Below are positions 39,323-52,962 of a stretch of DNA of 64,000 nt, piece after piece. The number at the start of each line of letters is the position of its first letter. Positions within the stretch are counted from its first letter, which is position 1. A program made the translations under genes and the position numbers. This DNA is from Podarcis vaucheri (taxonomy: Eukaryota): the NCBI GenBank assembly GCA_965113315.1, contig OZ220374.1. One strand, 5' to 3'. The notes under the pieces are model-generated. The model was not told where the DNA came from and made no database searches. It was given only the letters and a program-made list of their open reading frames with translations.

Positions 39323-40271
39323 CTGTTTTTAAGAAAAACAACACCACAATTATTATGACCAACCAATCCACAGGACGGCCACACTGTACATGTAGCTAAA
39401 CTTAGGGGCAGGGGGCACATCTGGACCTCCACTGTGATTTAAGATCTGTTCAGTGGTTTGTGGGAGGGCTGGGATGTACTGTAGTCATTTCAGAACCTAG
39501 GAGTTAAAATACATGCTTGCAGTTTGATCAGTGTCTAGTGTCATTGTGGGGTGAGGAATAACTTAAAGATAGAACTCTGGTGATTCTAGTGATATCCCAG
39601 AAGCAAGAGGACTAATGGTGGGGAATGTTCTTGTAGAAAATTCCAGAGAAAAGATTTCCAGCAAGAAGAATGGTGCATGTCAGATCCAGTAAGAGGTATT
39701 CTACAAACTATGCAAACTGAGTTAGCACAATTCCAGATTTTTCTGCTTCAACACTGCAAGGGAAGGAGAGGGGAAATGATCCCTCATGCAAAAAAATGCA
39801 ACAACAGAAAAAGAACTCCCCATATCCAATTTAGCTAGCACATTAATGGAAACAGACTGAGTGCACTAGCTCACTATAAGCAGTGACTTTTTTACATGGA
39901 GCATTCAGAAACCTGATGTCTCCCACTTGCATTCTGAAGTGGTTCTGTTCAGAATTCTATCATCTCAGTCTGTGTAATGGGTAAAATAAATATGATTGTG
40001 AGAATTTCAATAGAGTTACACAAGAACTATCAAGTTTGAAATCTGAAAGCACATTTAGCAACCAAACATTTATATTGTTATTTCTTGCTTGCTCCATTGC
40101 ATTTTATGGAAATGTTCAAATTATAACCACTGTGTTTCACGTTTTTCCTTTGACTACTAATATGCTTCTCTTTGATTCAAACCATCTTAAGAAACTAGGT
40201 TGAATCCCACGGTGCACTTACATTCATCAAAGGGACACCTTCACCAATGAAAGAGGAGGAAATGTTCCTCA

Positions 40272-40703
<432 letters not shown>

Positions 40704-41439
40704 TTAGGCAACGGAGGCTCTGCAGAATTATAGTGACAGGTAACAAAGCATACGGCTACCGGTGAGACACGTGCTAGCAAAGTATGCCCCTGTATGTTGA
40801 GCTTGACAACAAAGGGAGTTGGAAGTTGTACATACAGTTATAAGTCAAAGAAAATGCATTTCAGGGGAGTCCTGTTCCTGTGGCTCTCAGTAGGAAGAAA
40901 ACCTCTACATTGAATGGAGGCAGTTTGTAGTTCAGGCTCGTTCACACACGCATGCCCATTATTTGATTTCTCCTTGCCTCAATACTCACAGCAGAATGCC
41001 TACTGGCTGCACAGAAAAACACTGATTTTGAAGTGTCCTAACTTCCCTGTGCTGTTCTACCTATGATGGCTTATTCACACATGAAAAGCCGTACTCGGGG
41101 TTTCCAATTACACAGAAAGCCTTAAGTACAGCAGGATCTCTGCTGCACACATTCATTCCCCAATGTCTGGGACACTAGAAGACTGCAAGTATGGTAAAGG
41201 GGGCATGTGGAAGAGGAAGGGGACGTTTCCCTCCCTGCTCATGGGGGCTGGGGGGGGGGGGAGAGAAAAAACAAAGGCCTGAACCACCACCCAATTCTGC
41301 AGTCATCAAGTGATGAGCATGCATGTCTGAAGCAGCCTTAGTGAATTCGGAGGTGTTGGCGAGGAAGTTAGCTGTACTTTCTTGACCAAGTGCAGGTCTC
41401 CAATTTCTCTGAATCATACCCTCCTGCTCTCTTTGATGT

Positions 41440-41453
41440 CCAGCAGGTGGTGC
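41440..41453 (+). promoter_or_regulatory. Candidate CTCF site (CCAGCAGGTGGTGC)
   Basis: Close match to the core consensus; motif only. Confidence 0.5.
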
Positions 41454-41903
41454 TAGCGTATCTCAAATTCCTCATTTATCCTCTCTTTCAAAGATAAAAA
41501 GTTATATTGCCCTTATATGCACGTTTACGGCCCCTGGCTCAAATAGCTGCCAGCATATTTCAAATTCTATGGGATTATCACTAGTCCCAATACAAGAAGT
41601 GTCCTTAGCAGGATAAACTTTCAGCAATGGAAGCACAGATAAGTCTTAAAACGGATAACAGAAATTAGGTCATATTTCTAAAGTTTGGTTTGGGGTCAAT
41701 AGTGGGTAGGCAAAGAAAAGGAGCTGGAAGAAATAAAGAAGAGAATGTAACAAGAGGAACCTGACACCTGCATAGCATCTGCATTTAGATGTCCACTACC
41801 ACTTCCTACTGTTCCCACTTAAAACCTGAGTTACACTATTTTTGTGATATTTTGCTTAGCCTAATAAAGATACTGTCCCAGGGTATGACTTGAAGTCACT
41901 TGA

Positions 41904-42039
41904 GGCCACCACCTTGCTGAAGCTAAGCAGGTCTGAGTCTGGTTAGTGCCTGGATGGGAGACCTCCTGGGAATGACGCTGCTTGCTACCCTGGGTTGCAT
42001 GATGGAAGAAAGGTGGGATGTCAGAATGTAAAATAAATA
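41904..42039 (+). mobile_element. 5S rRNA-derived SINE (SINE3-type) or 5S pseudogene with L2-like tail
   Basis: gaagctaagcagg...ctggttagtgcctggatgggagacctcctgggaat matches the 5S internal control region. Tail gaaaggtgggat...aaataaata. Confidence 0.75.
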
Positions 42040-42243
42040 CAGATTTTTAAAATGGGGCAAAGCAGCTACCTTTACTTTTTGTGTAAATGTTCTCAGTAAA
42101 ACCACACTTAAGAGAGATGAATAGCAAAACAAAAAAGTATAAATGCAACAAAAAAAACAGATCAAAACCATAATGGGGCCATATATAGGATTTGATTAAC
42201 ACAAAAGTCAAATGCTAGTCTGAAAGCATGCCCTGATTTGGAA

Positions 42244-42379
42244 CAGTGTTTCCCAAACTTGGGTCTCCAGCTGTTTTTGGACTACAACTCCCATCATTCC
42301 TAGATAGCAGGACCAGTGGTCAGGGATGCTGGGAATTGTAGTCCAAAAACAGCTGGAGGCCCAAGTTTGGGAAACACTG
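42244..42379. mobile_element. Palindromic hAT-like MITE
   Basis: TIRs cagtgtttcccaaacttggg / cccaagtttgggaaacactg, with near-perfect arms. Confidence 0.85.
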
Positions 42380-42698
42380 GTTTAGAGTAATGAGAGCGGT
42401 CTCTTTCAGTCTTGGGGGGGGGGGGACACCAAAGCTAGGGTGGTGGTGAGAGTTTCTCCACATGTGTACAGTTTGGTTGGAGAAGATCTGGCCCCACTGA
42501 CTGAAGAATCCAATAGGTAACCCTCTGAATCACAAACATGCTGGTTTGCATCTGATATAGGCAGGGCTAAGGGTCTAAATATGGGGCAGGACCTGAGGCC
42601 ACCCATGAGTCATTAGTTGGCCATGTTTGGTTTAGTGCGCCCTTTAAGATAGTACACCCTCATAAATAGCAATGGAGACAAAAAATAAAGAGTATTAC

Positions 42699-42834
42699 CG
42701 GCAGATGCTGTCCCCAGCACCAATGGCTGAGTTTTCGTGACACTGACATCCCAAATCCCATCCCGATGACCAATATACTCTTTCACCAGCTGGCAAATGG
42801 CTCTAGACGTCGTAGTTTTGAAACTAGATACAAT
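42699..42834 (-). CDS. WDR37: WDR37 coding exon 5 ([30 protein letters not shown]...GTASA, 136 nt)
   Basis: Translated by hand; contains the first WD40 GH motif. Acceptor CTTAG, donor GTAATA. Confidence 0.97.
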
Positions 42835-45800
42835 CTAAGGAGAGCAAGAGCAGATATGAGACAAGAAGAGAAGTACAATTGTTTATTATCCGGCTCACAA
42901 ATGCACAACATAAAAGCCATTAATACATTTAACTGTAGCACATTTTATGGATGCATAAGCTCTAGGATGTTCTCTCCTAAAAAATAATGGGACCAAATTT
43001 GTCCTGTGTCAAATCAGGACACTGTACTGTGCGCGCCAGAGCAGAATTTGGCCCAGTGTAAGCATTTTAGGAGGTCATAATGCAGCAAACTCTCAGATTT
43101 TCCTTTCATCTCTCCTGATAAACAGGTCGGTATAATCTGAGGAGCACTTAGCTTTTCTTCCGTCTATGTTTTATATATGCCATACAAGTCTGTTTCTTAA
43201 ATTCAGCTGGCCAAAAATGGGTAAGGTGCGGGAGAAGGAAAGAGCTGTGTAAAGATCTAAAGCTAAGAGCCATTTGAAATGGCAAAATAAAGAGATAAAT
43301 CAGCTGGTTTTAACAGTACACTGGAAATAACAATTAACCTGGAAGCACAGCCCAGTTCCTTTTGCATGTTAATGAAACATCCTTCCCAAGAAACAAAACA
43401 AAAAGGAAAAATTGACAACACAAGGGAAAACTAGGTGGGGGGGAGGGAAGCAACTAATGTTTAGAGATGAATCCCTCTGCTTGCCTGTTCTGATTAAATG
43501 CCTTTGGGGGGGAATGGTGAAAAACTTTTTTGAATTTCAATTGCTACATTAAAAAACAGTGAAGAGGAAAAAAGGAAATAATAGTTCACCACCCCACCCA
43601 CCCCCAACCTGTGGGCAGAGAATTTTTGGTACTATTTGTATCAAAGAAAGAGCTATGTGCTTAAACGCATAATTATGTGTCTTGATTTTAGTAAATGCTG
43701 GGAGTTCGGGTCAAAGGTAGAAGAAGCCACAGGAGACAGAAAGGAAAGTACAGAAATATGTATTGGACCAGAGGCCTAGGGACTTTGTCATACCCTTTTA
43801 AAAGGTTCCTAGCATGGCCTGCAGCTCCCCAACCACTTTTCACAGGAGTTGCTGAACCATAATTCAGGGTCAGGAAGCAATGCCCCCAAGATACAAAGGC
43901 TGGTCCACCAATGGCTGCCCCTGCATAGCAGCACAGCATGAGACTCTCCTGGAGTTAATTTAAACCCACAGAGCAGGCTTCAAGAAGTGTGGTGTGTGTG
44001 TCAAATGTGCAGGTCTGCTTGTTTGCAGCTAAGGGGGAGAGGAATGGATTAGGGAGAAGACCTGGACAAGGATGTGACTGACAGAACGGGAGGGAGTGGC
44101 AGCTGCTTTGACAAGCAAGAGGACTTTGGGAGGTCCTCAGTGACATACGGGGAAGGGAACTTATATGGAGCAGAGTTAGGGATGAACGGGGTGCTGATGA
44201 AGGGGCTGCGGCAGAGGAGATGTGAAGGATAGCACGCTGGGGTTTGATGGCAAGATGTACTTACAGACCCTACTTTTGCACCCATGCACATTAAAACTAA
44301 TGATTTTGCGAAAAGTTTTAAGGGTGTTCAGTACCCCTGGCGGAAGATAAAAGCCTAAATGAAGATCCCATGATGCCGATTGAAGTCTCTGATGTCTAAA
44401 AAGGTTGGTTTATGTTACACTAATACTTCTAATATTCCCCACCAACAAACTACACCTGCTGCAAAGCAGGGATAGGAAGCAGGCTTGGATTTCCAAAATA
44501 AATAGCAATATCTACTCAAGATGTCAGCTTTCGGGAGGAAACATACCCAGTGCTTTAAACTGGAAAGTATTTCATAGGACTTGGGTTTCCTGATCTCTCA
44601 CCATCCTGCTCTTCCTTCTCTGGGCAGTGCCCTCCTTAAAATGTTGCTCCCAGAACTGGACACAGCCTGAGCAGTGCAGAATTTAGCTGGGAGCAGGAGC
44701 ACAATCGGCGGGCAAGAGTGGGCACTTGCTTCCAATGGAGGGTAAGTAGGCAGGCTGACTGCACTGCCAGACAACTGAGAGAAGTGGAGAGGGAAGCTAA
44801 GAAGGGAAGCACCTCACCTGGTGCAGCCTACCTCCTTTTCTCATTCACACATTGTGGACACAACACCTGCACAGTGGCTTCTAGCAACAGTGCAGCAAAG
44901 AGCATCATATACATAGCTTCTACTATTCCCCCATGAATTATTTAACCTGCTTGGATGTGTTCATATTATTAGACTGGTTTTTGTGGGGGGTTGTTTGATC
45001 TAGTTCTGTTTTATTGCGTATTATTTTGGGGGGTGTTATCTGAACCATTCTGGGATCTTCTATATTTAAAAGAAGCCTCCACTGTTGCGCTAAACCATGG
45101 TTTAGCTTAGCATTACGTGCAAACTTAGGTCAATGTTTTTAGGTGCATTTCTAAGAGCTGTTTTCAAACAGAAAGAAAACATGGCAAGCAAGCGTTTCAA
45201 AACATGTGAGTTATTCCAGTATACTTGGAAAGTTGGACTCCTTACTGAGGATATAATATATTCAAAGAGGTGAGCTCCCTTCTGAGCATAGGTTTGTTTA
45301 TTGCTACACTCATGTATTTTCCTCAACAGGAAATTTACAGTGAAGCCAGTTCTATCCATGTCTAAGCCAGAGTTCAATGGAACCTACCATCAGGGAAGTG
45401 TATATACTATTTATTATGTATATACGCCTTCTGAACTATTTCAGATTATTAAAATCATTAAGAGAATTAAAATGCATGATGGGAGGCTACTATATTAAAC
45501 TTTTTAATTAAAAAAAATAAGAACTCCAGAAGCAGTCTTAAAATTACAAGTAGTTATATAAAGTATTTGGTAATCAGAGTCTAGTTAAGCCAAAATCCTG
45601 GATGCAACATGTACCATCTTGTAAGCAAGAGGTCGATTATTTCCAATTCTGTTATTACAAATAAGGCCCTAAGCTTGTTCAGTGATTAAAAAACAAAAGA
45701 AAAAGATGTTCTAACCATATACTAAATTAAATTCAGGGGGGAAAGAAAACAGGAAGGACTAGAAGAAGACTGCAATGCTATGGGTAGTGAAAGTATTCCA

Positions 45801-48800
45801 TTTTTTCCCCTCTTTATTAATCTTTATAATGATGAAATGAGACCTAGATGGAATCATAATTAAGTGGTTAATGAGCAGAATTGTTTCAAAGCAAGTAGAA
45901 GCAATAATTACTATGGATGCATTGAAAAGGAAACAGGTTAATTCTTGCAGAACTAGGTAAAGATTAGTACTTGAACCATAGTGTGGAATTAATCATAAAA
46001 TTTTCAAGGCAGTATTAAAATGCAGTTGTCAGACTTAATAAATGTCTTCAAACAAAATGGAGTTACGCATGAGAAGTGGAACAGTAGAATTACAGCAACA
46101 GGACTCCGATACCTCTCAACTGTTAAATAAGAAGTGGGGAAGAGTCCAACTAGGCTCCTGCACCCACCTCACCTCACAGAAGGAAATGAATTATGGGAAG
46201 ATTTCATAAGTTCTTTAAACTTCTGAGGAAACTAAATATTCTAACGCTTTTGAATTCTAAGAAGCAAAAGTACTCAAGCATACATATAACCTCACAGCTT
46301 GTTATATATATATTTTTTGGGGGGGAGACATTTACATTATTTCTTCCTGCCTTTTTGGCTGCTTTATTTCAGTTGGGAGAGTCCTCCTGCCCTACTCTAC
46401 AGAATTCTACTAATCTGTTACGGATATGGAAAGTATGCTAAGCTAGAAAGGCAATTTATTTTCAAATCCGATCCATTAAAGTGAAGTACAACCAAAAGAA
46501 AGAAACAAAAACCTGGTACAGTATTGGGATGACTGCAGGTCCTCATATAAGGAGTAGGGTCTATCTCCAATTGATACTCCTTGTCTGAGGATCCTGCCCT
46601 TTGCTTTCCTGCAAACCTACCCTGCTACTCAGTAGCACGTGCCACCAGCAGTTGTTCTAACGGCTGCTAGCCTCAGTAAGAGCATGTATTCCCATTTGTT
46701 TCCATGTCTGTTATGCATGGCAATCACGTTCCAAGCATAGATGTCCGTTTCCTTCTCCCAGACCACCCAGCGTATTGATTAGCAATCATTTCTTACTACT
46801 TATGCTGCTGTATGCCCCACCCAGGTGTCAGTGGAGCAGGACATATCGCTCCCAAGCACTGCAGAACTGGCCCAAGGCCACAGCACATGGGATCACCTTC
46901 TATGGAGTGCTAGTTAGTCAGTTGCTAGGCAGGCTTCCAGTTTAGTAGCATGGGATGTACTATCGCTGCCTGCCAGTTAGTAATGGGCTTGGTTCTCATG
47001 CAGACAGATGGGACAAGAGAGGGAATGGTTGAGCCATCCCGATTATGGCAGATGTGGCATCTATTGTGGTGAGAGCAAAATAAAATAATGAATCATGTGG
47101 AATATTAGGTGAAGAGCAGTTCTAGTTGCGGCTCTTATGGGATCTTCAGTAGCAATCAGCAGTGCTTGCGAAGGGGGAACCAACTCATCCTAGTCCCACT
47201 GCTGCCATAAGCGTCTTTGGCTGGCATACCTTTCCCCTGTTATCCCCATCGTGGCAACGAGCCGATAATGTGATTTAAATCTTCCTGCCCATCACTGTAC
47301 TGTGGATTAATATATCTCCCTTTCCACTGCATTATGGGGTCTGTAACTGCCTGCACAGGTATCGGTTGAAGCATCTACTTTTTACTTCAGCCCCATCTGC
47401 TTTAGGCAAGCAGCTCCCAGAGTGTTTGCTTGCAGGGCTATGCAGCCCTTGAGCAGAAAAAAATAAAATAAAATCCCCCGCCTCCCCCCCCCATGTTTTG
47501 CAGATTGTATTTGAGATTAAGGTCCCTTTTGCCAGCGCTGGTGAGATTGCTTCTAGAGAAAAGTTCTGCATCACTGACAGGACAGAAACCCCATGAACTG
47601 TTGAGATAATGCCTAGAACAGAAACAATCTAACACAGATTCTCCCACCTAGCATGTTAGGGCAAGAAGAATCTATTATGATGTGAGTGTTACCTAGAAAC
47701 AAGTTTCACTCAATGTCCAGCTTATGTAATTAAGGCATGGCTTATTAAGCCAGAAAATGCTTAGACCTTATATACGCACATGCAGCCCCTTAGCTTCTTC
47801 CTTCACACCAGCAGGGAAGGAAACCAGAACACTGCAAGTTCCCATTACGTGCAAGCTGGGAACTATGGCTTGTGGCTTCCAAACAAGCCAGGATGCAAAA
47901 GTCAGCACTGAACTAGTTAACTGCGCTTTCTTGGGCTTTTCTACCCCCCCCCCCACTCAACTGATGCAGGAGCAGAAGGGGTGCTTGCAAATGAACTAAG
48001 CGGCTGCATGTCCTGGCTTATGAAGTGAGGACTCGGTTACACAATTGTAGTCAATGCATTTTCTGTGTTGCTATCACACAAAAAAGAGTAGGGTACGCAT
48101 TTGCTTAAATAAACTTCCCAGTCATTAAAAGACAAAATCTTCTTAAAGGAATGTCCAAGGAAAAGACTATATCTTTTATAATTTTCCATTCGTTAATGTT
48201 ATTCTCGCTGCTTAATACATTGCATATGAGCTATTGTGAGGTTTCGAACTTTGCTTGATTTTAGTTCCAGCTGCAGCAGTCCTGAATTAGTCCTTTACTA
48301 AGTAGTCCAAGATTTTCTGCAGCATCTTCATAAGAAAATGAACACCAGTCTTTTTGCTACTTGTTCTCTGCAATACGGCATATGCTGAATCCTAGGTACA
48401 CTTGATAAGCTCCCCACCTACCCACTGGCTTCAAAACCCCTAAAAACCAAGAAAAGCAGTGTGGAGAATTATACTGAATTTATTCAGTTTAATAAAGAAA
48501 GTAATGTCCTAGTTTGTTTTAACTGGGATGAACTCATCAGTCTGTATTAATCCAGACTGGTGCTAACACCTTCATCAAATGTAGCAAAGGAATGTGATGA
48601 GGGGAAAGCTGCTTTTGGTTTTCAGAGTCTGACCTCATCAATTAGTATCCAAAAGCAAAAGCAAGAAATTGTTAAGGATGGGTGGCACAAGGTCCTCCAA
48701 GAGGGCACAGTTGACAGATATGATATCCATAGAAGAAAACTGGTTAAGATGGCATTCTGCATGTTCCACCGCTCACTACTGTTTAGCTGGGCATGCATAC

Positions 48801-50379
48801 TAGCACACTGGGAAGCAAAGCAGTTACCCAGGAGTCTCCACCCCATATTTCCCAGCTTCCCACGTTGAAGTTGCGAGGTCCACCTGATTTGCCTGGGAAA
48901 GAATTTGAACGCTACATAGCAAGTAAGAAGAGATAGGTATTCAGCACTTTCTTTAAAAGAAAAACAATTTATAACACACACACACTTAATAATAAATGTC
49001 TTTATTTTAATGACTATTTAAGAAAGTGAACTGCTGTTCATAATTAATAGATTAATAATACATTAATGCAAAATGGAGGAGATATTTACATCCCACAACA
49101 TTCATATTGACATTGCAAACTATGTAGAAAGACAAATAAAAATGAAAATTAAACTGAAAATGAACACTAAACACAATTCATTATCAAATTTAAGCATCTC
49201 GGCATTTTCTCATAGGTTTGCACATTCAAATTACATCTGATCGATTACCAACTTTTTCATCTATTGACTGTATTTGCCTAATAAGCGTGCATTAAAAAGT
49301 ACGATCAAAAGTAAGCTTAAAAAAAAACTACCCTGAAGTATTCTGTACTGAAGAGTGCTCCACACACTTTCTTCAGCTCATTCCTGGCCCAATCCAAATG
49401 GGGGGGCGGGGCCTTCAAATTTGAAATCAAAGTCCTTTTCTAATTCCCAGTATGGCCACCTCTCTAAGTAGCAATGGTTTGGGCAACATTCAGCATAGAC
49501 TCAGCAGTGGAGATGGGAGTATAAGCTACAAGCCCTGCTGGATTGCAACAGCTTTCTGAGTTTCCTAGAAAGAAGAAAGGCTGACCAACTCCAAACTTTG
49601 TTTATGCAGAAAAAAACACATGAGGTGGGAAAGTGGTCTTGACCTTAGCTGTTCCGGAAACCAGCCAGAAAGCAAAATATGTAAATAGGGGCAGCTAGCA
49701 AACCCAATGTAATTTAATGATCAACACTGGGTAAGGGTGATGTGTCTGATCCTATATTTGACACTGCCACCATAGGAATTTATAATATTTATTTAGCTCT
49801 GTTCACAGCAGACACCAAAAGTTTACATTTGAACCTAAAAAGCAATATATTTTGAAAGCCCTGTGGAAGATAACAGCATGAACGGTTTGTATGTGACTTT
49901 CTGAGTAATACTTCCACGAGGCAAGAACACACTATTGATCGAAGTATCGATCAGGTCACTGGTAACTGCAATCAGAAGATGCATCTGTTCTATGAATCTA
50001 CATTTTGAACGAGGACACAACAAAAGTGATGTCCATGAATTAGTAAAATTCATGGGGGAAATGGATGTAACATCTATTTAACTTAACTACATTCCTATAG
50101 AATTCCTCACAATCAAAATGCTATTAGTTTCTATCTTCTATTAACAGGTTTTTTAAAACCCTGTCACAGCTCTCCCTTGCTACAAACCTCCTTTCCTTTC
50201 CAATGCGTTCATTACATTATTTTGAAGCAACAATTCAGAGGAGCGGAAAACAGACGCCAACGATTTTGCTAGCCTTCACTAAGCATATCTACAAATAGAA
50301 AGTACTTAACAGAAAACTGCCAAATTTAGGCCAGCAAGTAAATATTGCAGGGAAATAAAAGGTTCAGTGTGTTTCATAC

Positions 50380-50444
50380 CTTGCTGGTAGATGCCTTGTA
50401 AGTAGTCTTTAATTTCTGAGACAGCTGACTGGTACTATGACTGG
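50380..50444 (-). CDS. WDR37: WDR37 coding exon 4 (ASHSTSQLSQKLKTTYKASTSK, 65 nt)
   Basis: Translated by hand. Acceptor TAACAG, donor GTATGA. Confidence 0.97.
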
Positions 50445-50546
50445 CTGTTAAGACAAATAAATTTAAAGGGAGTGAGTTTTTAAAGGCTGTTTCATTATTT
50501 TATTTGAACATTTGTGATAACACCCTTCCAACAAATCACCAACTTA

Positions 50547-50768
<222 letters not shown>

Positions 50769-51691
50769 CTATATCCAAGGTCTCAACTGTGCAGCCTAGT
50801 AATCTCCAGTTTCCATCTACCAAAAGGGCTTTTTGCATCTGCGGTTTATCTGTATACCACAAGTAGTAAGCGTAATCTTAAACCAGCAGCCATCAGATTC
50901 AGACATAATTTCACAGCAGGCTTTGCCATGAGTAAGTTGCTTCAAAACTACGATTCCAACGGGAATAACTCTGATGCAAAAGAGCCATTAGTAAATGCAA
51001 ATAAAAATTCAGGAAGGAAAGACCGCTATCTCTCTTCCACAATCAGCAAGTCACCGCTTGCCAAAGAGCTTGTTCCTGCATGTAATTCCACTCCAGATTG
51101 GAAGACAATGAACCCAGCATTAGAGCTTAACATATTTTTGCCAAGTTTAAAAAGAGAGAGCATCCAGTCTAGATATCTGGCACAGCAATTTTGAATCAAT
51201 AAACACAAGTAATGATAATAATGGAGAATTTTATATATTATACAGCCCTAAAAAGTAGACATAATTCTTCACAAATTCCAAGAAGCCATGGAAGTTAGCC
51301 CCCCACGCTGGCTCTGTCCTCAACATCCCCTCCAGACATCAAGAAAACCATCACAAGAAGAATGGGGGAGTTGAAAGGGAGAGCCTATGTACATTCAGCC
51401 AAGAACATGTAGATTCCCCCTTTCAGGATTTGTGTTCAATGTGCAAAGGTCTGGAGATGAAGTCAGCAGGGGTGGAGATGAACTCAAGGATGGAGGTGGG
51501 GGTAAAGCAGGCAGCTCTACATATTCTGTAGAGGGCTTATATAGCAAACATATTATGCCTTGCTATGCATAGTTACATTTTTATGCTGCCTTATGATTAA
51601 ACTGCTGTGGCTTTAAAATATTGAAGCGTAGCTGATACTTAGTTAAATAAAGAATTAAACAGGAAGTCATATCAGACATCCAAATGCTGTT

Positions 51692-51692
<1 letters not shown>

Positions 51693-51732
<40 letters not shown>
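51693..51732. repeat. (CTAT)n microsatellite
   Basis: Seen directly. Confidence 0.95.
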
Positions 51733-51999
51733 ATACCTGCATACTGAACATGACAGACTGTACGGATCAAGTTAAAAGGAATTAGAAAATGCAAGTGCTA
51801 GGACCTCAAACACATGTGATACGTGGATATGTAACTTGGGAAATGTAAGTGTCCATTCAGAGTTGTTACTAAGCTGTTAATTCACAATCATGTATGGGGG
51901 CAGGGGACCAGAATAATTAGCTGAAATATAATGCATCTAGTATATTTTCCATGCCTTTCCATGCCCTTTCAACTTTTCAAACATTTTTCCAATACATTA

Positions 52000-52152
<153 letters not shown>

Positions 52153-52824
52153 TTATATTGCTTTAGTGCATTTTTGACCCTTAATGCCAATTCTGTAATT
52201 TTACTCCAAAATCTATCCTGAAATAATTTTCCCATTATACCAAAGAAGAGTTCAAATTTAAATCATACTTCAATCTCCACTGTTGTGTTGATTTGGGGGG
52301 GGGGGACTATTAGTAAGTCACAGAACACTGCTAGATGAAGTGAGTGCTATTTTGACCATGATTCAATCATAAACCAAGTAGCATGGAATGGTGGGTGCCT
52401 CAATAATGAGGATGCCTTAACTGTCTGAGCCGAGGCACAGGCTTGATTCTCTGTTCAGCAGTGAAGACCAATGACGTGGCTTTGAGCACCTCCCCGCCCC
52501 CCCTCGTTTCACCTGAACATTCACAAAAGGATGTGTTGAGGATAAATGAGGTGAAGGACTGAATGCTTAGGCATTCCCAAGTTTTAAACTAGGAGTTATA
52601 GCCTTTTACATTTCACCACTCCTCACAGTATGGAAACCCTCCATGCACCCTTGGCAAGTTTTGTTTTGTTTTGTTTTTGATAAAAAGATATTTTGTTTTT
52701 TGGAATTATATGGAATTAGTCTTGCTGCTCAATAGATTGTTATCAAGCTATTGTAACTTGCCTTAATAGGATTAAGTAGAGAATTTAAACAAACATAAGA
52801 CACACAAATTCCAGCCAAATTTAC

Positions 52825-52962
52825 CTGGCCTTCCAACATCTCTCTCTGCAATCCTGATCGCTCCTGTTCAGAACTGTTTGTTCTTCGTATAGAAAGACTG
52901 TGAGATTTGCGTTTCTGCTTGGCTTGGCGAGCAGTGGCACAACTTCCACTTTCTGTGGGCAT
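52825..52962 (-). CDS. WDR37: WDR37 coding exon 1 (MPTESGSC...MLEGQ, 138 nt)
   Basis: Translation matches the WDR37 N-terminus as I recall it. ATG at 52962; donor CAG|GTAAAT. A likely acceptor at 52993-52994 leaves about 30 nt of 5'UTR in this exon. Confidence 0.97.

Noticed and set aside
41919-41975. 5S rRNA gene
   Set aside because: Partial, diverged and fused to a non-5S tail, so not a functional rRNA gene.
48828-48892. Possible 65-nt cryptic or poison exon (TTTCCCAG...TGG|GTAACT on the minus strand)
   Set aside because: Splice-like signals arise often by chance; no homology or transcript evidence is available.
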